The position numbers were made by a program, and so were the translations under genes. Source: Basidiobolus meristosporus CBS 931.73 (taxonomy: Eukaryota > Fungi > Basidiobolomycota). Taken from it: 47,092 nucleotides of DNA. Every line of letters starts with the position of its first letter. The stretch's first letter is position 1. Below, piece after piece: positions 12,161 through 22,440 of this stretch. The notes beneath the pieces were generated by a model. That model searched no databases and was not told where the DNA came from. It was given only the letters and a program-made list of their open reading frames with translations. Location of the stretch: the NCBI GenBank assembly GCA_002104905.1, contig MCFE01000676.1, positions 1 to 47,092 of the forward strand, written 5' to 3'.

Positions 12161-14173
12161 AGTCTGACTAATATTACAAAGTTTACAGTACTACATTCAG
12201 TATCAATGAAGCACAAACATATCCAGTATATTTGATGGCAAGCATTACAAACTGCTAAGATGCAAGGGCTACTTCAAAGGTGTGTATGACCATGCCTTTG
12301 CCTTAGCACTTGATGGATTTACATTAAACAGGTACTCTACCAGCAAATCCTGCTGGCCACTGATTCTCATCAGTCTGAATCTGCTGCCCATCTTACAGTA
12401 TCAGAGCAATAATCTGATGGTAGTCTCACTGGTATCTGGGCCTAAATCACTGTCCAACCTGGATAGCTACCTGTATGCATTGCAGGATGAATTTTGAATG
12501 CTCTCTAGCAGGATAACAGTAAATGATCATCATGGAAAAGCACATGTTATTATATAGATTGGAGATATCTCAGCCATCAGCAAGATAGCAGGTTTTTCCA
12601 GGCATAATGGATGGTATTGCAGTCAAATGTGTGAGATCCAGGGGATTTACTCCATAACTCACACACATTATTATTACCCAAACACCATCACTAAGAACAT
12701 TGTCTTCCCACAGAGAGAATGTACAGAAGTAAGCATGCAATTGCAGCAAAGTTGGCAAGCCATAAGACATTGGCCAGAATATGGAATCATTCAGAAACTG
12801 GAGATACTTAAGATAGACGGTATCTGTTGGAGCAAAAGCTCTCCACTGGGAGCAATGCATTTGCTTTTCAACAGAATCCCTATACTGATGACCAAGTTGT
12901 ACATGGGGCATTTCAAGCTAAATGAGCCCTTTGAGATACCGGAGAAATTTGAAAGGATTGGCAAGATATTACAGAGTTTCCTCTACTGTATGTACTTCTC
13001 ACAGGCTCCAATTATTATTCATACTCATATGCAACAATACAAATGCAAAGACTGGATGAACTGGATATGCATTTATTTACATGGTGTTCTAGAGCAATTC
13101 CTACCAAGAGTACATTGGAAGCATTGGGAGTCATATGTGGGCATTGTTGGATTGTTCATCCAGAAGTGGATCATCAATGGCAACTTGACACATCTACAGC
13201 TGTTGTACAAGGAGTTAGTGATGGGATTTGAGTTGCTATACTACAAACATAAAGCTGAATGCGTAGATCTCTGCCACTACTATATCCATTCTCTACTCCA
13301 TCTTGCACAGTGTGTGGAGAATATTGGGCCTTGCGTCACCTTTTGGGAGTTTCTTGTGGAGCAGATGTGCAGGGAGATAGGAAAACAAGTCATGTTTCAG
13401 GTACTGCCATATCCAAATCTCATCAAGAATATTGCTTTCAAGCCTGTCATGGACGTGATGAGTTGGCACATGGAGGACAACCAGGAAGAATTGGAAAATA
13501 CTGAGGACAAATCTGGATATGGAGATACCTATGCCTATGGCATTAAGAAGCTAAGCAGTCCCAATTCATGAGTAATCAGTTAAGTAATGCAAAGCTGGGT
13601 TGGGTGCAACAAGCAACTAATTTTTATTAGGAAAAGTCTACCAAGATATGCCAGATTTCTCATGTTCACAAGCCAACTTCTATACCATTCAATACAGAAC
13701 TCACACAAACAAAAGCCAGAGCACACCTATATAGGGGACTAGAATCCAGTAGGGAGAAGGAATATTGGCTAAATACAAATAAGTTCTTTGCGGATATTCA
13801 GGAGGTATCCATGGCAGAAGTGGTGACAACCAAGCATATGTTTGCAAGATGTATTTGATACCAGCAGTACAAGGTATATGGAAACTTTGCAAGTATCACA
13901 CTAATAAGCCTTACAGTTGAGGTGATAGAAGTATGTCAATTGCAGCAGGTGAGCACATTTGTAGAGGTTAGTAAGCAGGAGGCCATAGTTTTTTTGATTC
14001 AAGCTATAGGTGGAATACCCAAGGTAGTAGTAGGTAAGCAAATAAAGAGGGGTGATTCTACAGTACAATATATGAATTGCACATGGGGAGGTAGAAAAAG
14101 AAAATATCATTTGGTAAATTGGTACAGTAGCATTATACAGAACCGGCTGTGGGCCACCATACTGCCAATATAA
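12160..14173 (+). pseudogene. CACTA/EnSpm (Tnp2, Transposase_21 / DUF4218-like) transposase pseudogene
   Basis: Motifs IFDGKHY, ALDGF...SCWPLILISLNL.P, GPK, GD..A.SK.AGFSGHNG, CxxC, AMHLLF and HSLLHLAQCVENIGP..TFWEF.VE.MC are typical of CMC-superfamily DDE transposases; broken reading frames. Confidence 0.85.
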
Positions 14174-14496
14174 TGCCATCAGAGTGTTGCTGTGAGGCCA
14201 TCAAAATACAGTCAAATTTCTTGCCATACAAGGCAATTGGATGTTCTGGCCAGTTGGATCCACTTAAAATAGTGGTAGAGCACAAAAAGACCGCAACAAT
14301 CCCATGCACATATTGTCACAGCACCAATCAAATCTTGTCAAGTTTTATCCCTGTATTTGGTTGTAAAATTAGCAAAGCACTGTTGTGATTGTGTTATAAG
14401 ATTGTTAAGAGGGTCACTAATTTCAACCTGCCAGTATTATGATGGTCTCTAATTGGGATCCTGACAGCTGATCCGGATTTGATGCACCCACAGGAC

Positions 14497-14515
14497 CAAA
14501 TTGTTTTCCATAGGG
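14497..14515 (-). repeat. Terminal inverted repeat of copy I (reads CCCTATGGAAAACAATTTG inward)
   Basis: Marks the end of homology with 15964 onward (CCCTATGAAAAATAACTTG); fits the CMC terminal consensus C[AC]C[AT][AG]. Confidence 0.75.
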
Positions 14516-15963
14516 TCTGTCAAGCTCTTTGCAAGTATTGCAGCCACTCTGAATAGTATCCTGAAGAAAAACAACACATTAAAGTGGGACATAACTTGTG
14601 ACACTGCAGTTCAGATGCTCAAGAAAAAACTTGTCAAGCTACAAAGCTTAGGTATATTTAACTTCAGTACAGATTTTACTCTCTGTGCAGATGCCTCTGA
14701 TTATGCAATTGGTGGAGTACTGCACCAAGAACATGAAGGAAGAGAATACCCAGTGGCTTTTGAATACAAGAAACTGAGCTCAGCAGAACAAATACTATCC
14801 AATGGATGAGGAGGAGATGCTTACCATATTATATGGCTTAACAACATGCAAATGTTATATTGATGGACTCAGGTTCACTGCAATGACTGAACTTGCCTCA
14901 CTTAGTATTTACTTACTCTGAAGGTACTATCCAGGAGTATAACAAGATGGAAATAATACAGTTAGTAATCAGACCTAGAGATTGTCTACTGCCTTAGGAA
15001 AATAATATGGTTACAGATGCCTTATGAAAACTAGAACAAGTTGCACAACTAAATCCGGTGCACAAGTCAGATTGTCCTAGCTTATTACCAAAGTAGGTGG
15101 ACAACCAAGCTCTTCCCAATGAGGTGGATGATGATATCAAGAAGATTATCTGTGATGATGCCAGGAAGTTTGTAGCACAGGATGAAACACATAGTCTACT
15201 GCCTTTATGTTGCTTGCCTGCATTTAGTGCACATGCTATGCAAGGAATATGAACATATTGAAGTTGGAAGAACCTATAGCCATATAAAGTTAGAGCACAA
15301 TGGCCCAGAATGAAGCAAGATATTCAGAAATCAGTGCAAATATACCAAAGATGCCAAATGAACCAAACCCAGCCATAGAGAATTGCCCTACTCTTTCACT
15401 TGATGCCTGTAAGACTAGTTGTAGGATGGGGAATTGACTTTATAGAAATACCACTCACCACTAGGATATGCAATTGGTGTATTTAATAGCAGTTGATAAT
15501 TTTACCAAATGACCAGTAATTGGAGCTCTATCAGATGCCAGTGCATAAGAAGTTGCAAGTTTTGTCCATTGCAAGGTCCTGATGAAGCTCTGATGCCCTG
15601 TGGAGCTTTATCTAATAGAGGAGTGAGCTTTATGGCAAAACATGGGAAGCCTATGTGGAAATGCTGCATCTCAAGCATTTGAACACTTTTGTATATCAAC
15701 CAAGAAGTAATGGAGTAACTGAGCAGTTTAATAGATTATTTGGAAAAATGCCAACTAAGTATGCAAATAAACCTATGAGTAGAGGGGACAAGTGTATTGA
15801 CCAATCACTGTTTGCCTGCAGAGTTTGAGTGCCAACTCTATTAGATAATTGCCATTTTACTTGGTTTTTCTGGTTGTATAGCCACTCAAATTGCTTCACA
15901 GGCTCCTGGCATAACAGCTCTATGTGCACCAAGCTGATATTAGTTGTCTGCTTTGGGACAAGT
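14516..15963 (+). pseudogene. Gypsy remnant E (RT end, RNase H, integrase) of the same family as A
   Basis: [46 protein letters not shown] and integrase remnants are collinear with the A ORF; heavily decayed. Confidence 0.88.
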
Positions 15964-16439
15964 CCCTATGAAAAATAACTTGGTCCCCTGGGTGGATCCA
16001 AACCAGATCAGCCACCAAGATCCCCTTTAAAGACCATCACAATACCAGCAGCTTGGAATTAGTGACCCTCCTAACAATCCTATGGCAGGATCATGATGGT
16101 GTTTTGCTAATTTTACAACTAAATAAAGGGATTATACTTGACAATATTTTATTGGTGCTGTGACAATATTTGCATGGTATTGTTGCAGCCTTTTAGCACT
16201 CTATAACTATTTTGAGTGGATCCAGTTGCTTTATATAGCAAGAAACCTGACGGTATTTTGATGGCCTCAGAGCAAGACTCTGATGGCATTATATTGGCAG
16301 TATGTTGGCCTACCTCTGGTTCTGCATAATGCTCCTGCACCAATTTACCAAATGGGATTTCCTTTTTGTACCTCCCCTTGTGCAATTCATATATTATACT
16401 GTAGAATCACCATTTTAGCCAATATCTATTCTCCCTGCT

Positions 16440-16772
16440 GGATTTCAGTCCCCCATGTAGGTGCATGCTGGCTTTTGTGTGTGTGAATTCCATATTGAAT
16501 GGTGTAGAAGTTGGCTTGTGACCATGTGAAATCTGGCATATCTTGGTAGAGTTTTCCTGATAAAAGTTTCTTGCTTGTTGCACCCAACCCAGCTTTGCAT
16601 TGCTTGCTTGTGGATTTCAGTCCCCCATATAGGTGCGTGCTGGCTTTTGTTTGTGTGAATTCCATATTGAATGGTGTAGAAGTTGGCTTGTGACCACAAG
16701 AAATCTGGCATATCTTGGTAGATTTTCCTGATAAAAATTAGTTGCTTGTTGCACCCAAACCAGCTTTGCATT
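16440..16772. repeat. Tandem duplication, 172-bp period
   Basis: GATTTCAGTCCCCCAT... starts at 16441 and again at 16613; the segment is single-copy in copy I (about 13580-13750). Confidence 0.9.
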
Positions 16773-17069
16773 ACCTAACTGATTACCCACGCATTGGGGC
16801 TGCTTAGCTTCTTAATGCCATAGGCATAGGTGTCTCCATGTGCACATATGTCCTCAGTATTTTCCAACTCTTTCTGGCTGTCCTCCATGTGCCAACTCAT
16901 CACATCCATGACAGACTTGAAGGTAATATTCTTGATGAGATTGGGATATGGTAGTACCTGCAACTTGACTCATCTTCCAATCTCCCCACACATCCACTCC
17001 ATAGGAGACTCCCACAAGGTGAAGCAAGGCCCAATATTCCCCACACACTTTGCAAGATGGAGTAGAGAA

Positions 17070-17417
17070 TGTTATAAGAGTGATGGAGATATTGGAAGTG
17101 ATTGGGAGGACAAGTAGATTATGTGGTTTTCACCTAATCATTTATTGAATGTAAAAGTAGTATTTATATTTTGACGTGGTCTTGGCACTACCTACATGTA
17201 GAATAGGTTAAGGAAGGTCCCAAAAGCATGTGTGCAAAGTTTGGGGCTGTTTGGACAACTTATCAGATTTTCAGGTTCTGGGTACCTGGTATTCTGGTGA
17301 AAATGTTCCAAGTAGACCCCAACAGGAAATTTGGTCAGTATTCTCTAGGATTTGAAGGTAATGATCTAAGTGACTATGTTAGGTGAATATTTAGGTGGAA
17401 TTACAAATTTTACAACA
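17070..17417 (-). mobile_element. Copia-1 solo LTR (348 bp) in the transposase gene
   Basis: TGTTA...CAACA; TSD GAGAA/GAGGA (one mismatch); the empty site GTAGAGAATGGATA is seen in copy I (reverse complement near 13284-13297). Confidence 0.92.
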
Positions 17418-19580
17418 GAGGATGGATACAGTAGTGGCAGAGATCTACATGTTCAGCTTTATGTTTGTAGTGTAGCCACGCAAATCCTGTCACAAACTCC
17501 TCACACAACAGCTGTAGATGCATCAAGCTGGCATTGATGATCTGCTTCTGGATAAATAATCCTACAATGTCCACATATGACTCCCAATGCTTCCAATGTA
17601 CTCTTGGTAGGAATTGCTTCAGAACACCATGTGAATAAATACATATCCAGTTCATCCAGTCTTTGCATAGGTATTGTTGCATATGAGTATGAATAATAAT
17701 TGGAGCTTGTGAGAAGTACTTAGGGTGGAGGAAACTCTGTAATATCTTGCCAATTCTTTCAAACTTCTCCAGTATCTCAAAGGGCTCATTAAGCTTGAGA
17801 TTTCACACCTACAACTTGGTCATCAGTATAGGGATTCTGTTGAAAAGCAAATGCATTGCTCCCTGTGGAGAGCTTTTGCTCCAACAGATACCATCTATCT
17901 TAAGAATCTCCAGTTCTTGGATGATTCCATATACTGGCCAATGACTTATAGCTTGCCAACTTTGCTGCAATTGCATGCTTACTTCTGTACGTTCTCTCTG
18001 TGGAAAGATGATGTTCTTAGTGCTGGTGTTTGAGTAATAATAATGTGTGTGAGTTATGGAGTAAATTCCTGGGATCTCACATATTTGGCAGCAATACCAT
18101 CCGTTGTGCCCAGAAAAACCTGCTATCTTGCTGATGGCTGGGGTATCTCCAATGCAGATAATAATATGTGCTTTTACATGATAGTCACTTAATGTTATCC
18201 CACTGGAAAGCATTCAAAATGCATCCAGCAATGGATACAGGTATCTATCCAGGTTGGATGGTGATTTAGGCCCAGATACCGTGAGACTACCATCAGATTA
18301 TTGCTCTGGTACTGCAAGATGGGTGGCAGATTCAGACTGATGAGAATCAGTGGCCAGCAGGATTTGCTGGCAGAGTACTTGTTTAATGAGAATCCATCAA
18401 GTGCTAAAGTAAAGGCATGGACATATATACCTTCAAAGTAGCCCTGCATCTTAGCAGTTTGTAATGTTTGCCATCAAATATATTGGATATGTTTGTACTT
18501 GAATGATACTGAGTGCAGTACTGTATAGCTTTGCAATATTTGTTGGACTGCATCAGCATCCTCAGACAGGGTATGACCAGAATATATCCGGAGTGTGAAC
18601 AATGTTTTCTCTCAATGGTGGTGGATTCCTGACAATTTGACACATTGCAATGGTAGCATTTTTGGATGTGAATACCATGCAACTGTTAGCACATGCTGGA
18701 ATCAGGACAGTCTCTGAATCATATGTTGCCAGCTGCATAACAATTGTCCATTTGTACCATGAACATGGTAAGTTGCATCTCAGTATAATTTTGGCAAGAA
18801 GTAGTTATAAATCCTCAAAGCCCGCATTGCTGATACTAGTGGAAATGCACCACTTCTCTATCCACAACATGGCATCATTCACTAGTAGATGGATTACTGG
18901 GCTCACTTTGCTCCATAAAGTATCCTTGGCATTTGTTTCAATGGGTGCTGTCTCATTGGATATAGGGATTTGACTGGGCTCATACATGGTACTGTTGTTA
19001 GGGGAGATGGTCTCAAAATTGATCAGTGAACCTTCTTTGTCAGTGCTATCACTCTGCATGCCATATTCAGGAGGCTGAGATGAGCCTAAAGGCGTCACAA
19101 GCTCACCTGACTCAGTTTGCACAAGGTGACAAATTTGGCCAGGTGCCAATATCAAAGTATCAACTGACCAGCAAGATAATGTTGGTACAGTAGTAACCAA
19201 TAAATGGTCAAATATGACTTGGGTGGCAAAACACTGGCTGTGATCCTTGTAATACTTCCTATGCTGTCTGCATGCTTCATGGCTGAGAGGCTTGCCACAA
19301 TAGCCACATGGTCTTTCTTCTCTTCTCTTATGGCATTGAGTCAAAGTAGTCCTGTCCATGAGGCAAGCAGTTTGACCTTCAACAACATATACTATTTTAT
19401 CACTTTTTGGTCAATACTCATGTGAACTTAAGACAGTCTTGTATTTGAGACATTGCACCTACATGAATGTAAGATTCAATGATGACCCACCATAGTAAGC
19501 ATTATAAATAAAGATGTGGCACCACATACACACATATATGTATTATCATTTCCCCTTTAGTATGACTCACTTTCATATAT

Positions 19581-21675
19581 ATGCCGCCAAAAAATAAAGC
19601 AAAGTTGTCTGGTTCTCAACCAAACCTTACCAATGACAGCAACAGAAGAATGGCTAGACAGCAGCTTGCTCTGACATTCAGTGCAACAAGCAGCACAACA
19701 TCCAAAAAAGGCCCTGTAGACAGTGTGCCCATTGAAGGTAATAATGTGGACTCCTCAGGCTCTCAGTCAAGTAGGCAATTGAGAACCATTGCAAAGCCAC
19801 AAGCTGACTGTTATGCTAAGGCAGATAAGAATGTAGCAAATGCAGTACCCTCAGTAGATGATCAGCAAGTGGCCATGATAACATCACCACCACCAATATT
19901 AGCAAGTGTGTTGTCAGCTCATACCAAAGCATTAATGAAGCAATTAGGTGCAATGGCTGATAGGATAAATGCAATGGCCCAGAGAAATCAGGAGATAGTT
20001 CAGAAACAGGATGAGCAGAAAATACATGTAGAGCAATCAATATCCCAGCTAGAGAAAGCAGTATCTTTGCTGCAAATAAGGCACTCAAGTAGCTCAAAGT
20101 CACAGCCAAGAATTAAGCCATTTCCCTATGTAACAGCAGAGGAGCTCTATACAGTCTTTGAAGCACAAAAACAGTGCCCAAAGATAAAGCCCACAGAAAA
20201 ACCTATCATAGCATGGGAGGGTCAGAATGTGAAGTTCATACCAAAGCCTAAAAATTAAAAGACATTGAAGATCTGTATAGCTGTTGAGTGCAATAATGAA
20301 GAGTGGGCTAATATACAAGAGGCTGTCAGAAGTCCAGCACACCATCACCTAAAGACAGGCTTACCATGGGACCATCAGGAACTCATGGCCAAGCAGAGTG
20401 CACCTGACTTGTTCCATGAGCATTATCCTTGATATAAATGTGCAAACAGATTTTGGGCCAGCATTGGTATGCTAAGAAAGTATTTTAAGAATAGCAGCAA
20501 CTATCAAAGACAGCAGAACAAGGGTGCCATGGCTAAAAACCAGTGGCTTCCTCCAGAGCCCATTACAAGCAGGGCCAAAAGCTCCAGGCCAGCAACAATG
20601 AGACATCAGGTAGCTGGACAAGTGCCAATTAGGGACAAGCAGGCAGACACAGATGCACCGGCACATCACTTATCAAGGAAAAAGCATAGGACCACTCAAG
20701 AAGCACCCAGTCAAAGTAGCAGTGAAGGACCTGGCAGTGATAAACACCAGCCACTTTTACAGGAGCCCATTGCAACTACAGTGAGAGCTCAAAACAAGCT
20801 GGACAGAAATGTTAGGTTGCCAGAAGGGTGCCAGCAAGGGACAAGCAGGCCAAACAGATGTGTCAGAGCAGAATCTATCCAGGAGAAAATGTAGTTCTTT
20901 ACAAGAAGCACTCAGACAAAGCAGCAGTGAAAGACCTAGCAATGATAAAGGAAAAGGTAAAGGGAAAAATGTATTCCCAAGCCTGAATCAGGCAGGCATG
21001 CAAAAAAAACTGCAGTTCTTGCCAATTAATGCTGCAAGCCAGGAACAGACAGAATCCCATCATAGCCAAGAAGAATTACCAACAAGAAAACAGCCATTGT
21101 CACAAGAGTTGGAAGCCCAGCCAGATAAGCTTCACTCCAGCAATGTAGATGGGTTTGCTGAAAAAGGCAATTTGTCTACCACAGCCTCCACAGCCTCCAC
21201 AGCCTCCATATCCTCCACATCCTCCATTGTTGACAGAGTGGAGATCCCACTGACAGACAAGGCTACAATGTCAAGAGTGTGAAAGATTATCACAATGCCC
21301 TCAGTGGAGTTTTGGAACATTAATAGGCACACCAAGAGGTTACAGCACTTCTTCAAGAGCAGTGCTCAAGAAAATGCACAGGAATATTGTAAGGATTTAC
21401 TGCAAAGACTGGCATATGAGGAGGTAGACCTTGCAGTGCCAGCTGAAGACCAGGATGTGTGGGAATCAGTGAATGAACAGTGGCATAAAGCCATTAGGTT
21501 CCTGCCAAAGTTGTGGAACCAGAGCATTACAGCAGAAATATTTACTGAGTGGTGGATTTTAATGGAGTTACTTGTTGAGTGTGGAGTTGGGCTTAATGTT
21601 AGTGTAGGGTATAAAGACTTGTATAGGTCAATACAATTGGCAATTGAGGTACAACTGAAGTTTCAATGGAAATAA
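19581..21675 (+). pseudogene. Transposon ORF2, function unknown (coiled-coil, conserved central block, low-complexity repeats)
   Basis: ORFs 19581-20258, 20469-20894, 20809-21282 and 21295-21675 are successive frameshifted segments. Homologous DNA lies at 474-1820, and the start region at about 28750-28865. Confidence 0.7.
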
Positions 21676-22062
21676 ATCAATTCATATGCATCAAAAGTGA
21701 GAAAAATGGTTAAGTCAGGAAGTAAGAAATGTGAAAAAGAGGCAATAGCCAATCAATTCACACAAGCATAGGAGGCAATAGAGTGTCCAGGATCAGAAAG
21801 TGACCAAATTGGCAGGGAACCAATCAAAAGCCACTTATACTTTGTTGTGATGAAAAGTTTCAACAAAGTTTTTTGTGAAATCTGGGGTGTATTTACTTTT
21901 CAATGGTCTCTGGATGGTGTCCCAATGGAATCAGTACCCCTTAGTCATGGGACTTTACCATTGTGACGGCCTTTTGACAGGATCATCTCAATTATTCTTT
22001 GTAGGATATAATCCTACAATGTGAGCAGATGCCTCTAAATGCTTCCAACAAGCTTATGGTAG

Positions 22063-22430
22063 TGTTACAAGTCTTGGTATAAGAGTTGTAGAGGAATAGG
22101 GAGTTTAGCTAGTATTGTATTCACTAAAACTTGAACTGATTTTTATTGAGGTTCCAGCAGCTCCTTATATACATTTTGCCAGATCAATTGCTGACTAATT
22201 GTATTTCCTAATGTAGGTTGTGGCTGATGACTCATTTGATTGCATCATCATCACCCAATAAGATCCTACTTAATATATCTATTTCTGTCTGATAAGGATC
22301 TGCTGATTCATTTGCTGACTAATGCTACTGATTTCATAGATAATACTGATATACTGATAACCTAAACATATACTAATTGATTTGACTAAAAACTGATCTA
22401 ACTTAAACATTCAAGCGGCAGATCATAACA
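22063..22430 (-). repeat. Gypsy A 3' LTR
   Basis: Direct repeat of 26634-27001. Confidence 0.98.
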
Positions 22431-22440
22431 TTCTCCCCTA
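22431..22440 (-). other. Polypurine tract TAGGGGAGAA
   Basis: Lies between the ORF stop codon and the 3' LTR; same in B (31996-32005) and C (44468-44477). Confidence 0.9.

Larger units (their letters stand above)
12160..14515 (+). mobile_element. CMC/EnSpm-like transposon, copy I (3' part of transposase plus terminus)
   Basis: Inverted homology to about 15964-18550; ends in ...TTTTCCATAGGG at 14515. Confidence 0.85.
16289..19359 (-). pseudogene. CACTA/EnSpm transposase pseudogene (copy II), split by a solo LTR
   Basis: N-terminal CGYCGKPLSHEACRQH, IFDGKHYK, LALDGFS..SCWPLILISLNLPP, CIGDTPAISKIAGFSGHNGWYCCQIC, AMHLLF; matches copy I in inverted orientation. Confidence 0.85.
15964..22006. mobile_element. 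CMC/EnSpm-like transposon, copy II (both termini present; transposase on minus strand, ORF2 on plus strand)
   Basis: Left end CCCTATGAAAAATAAC; right end reads tCCTACAAAGAATAAT inward (21988-22006). It encloses a divergent gene pair and a nested copia solo LTR. No TSD is recoverable. Confidence 0.78.

Noticed and set aside
12627-13571. 314-aa ORF as a functional or domesticated gene
   Set aside because: It is an internal piece of the transposase; upstream catalytic motifs lie in other frames separated by stops.
16440-16772. CRISPR-like or satellite array
   Set aside because: Two adjacent units of a duplicated transposase segment with no spacers; eukaryotic TE context.
22415-22419. Single LTR CpG retained in all six young gypsy LTRs
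   Set aside because: It is in a GCG/CCG context, which B also tends to retain internally, so no special protection is needed.
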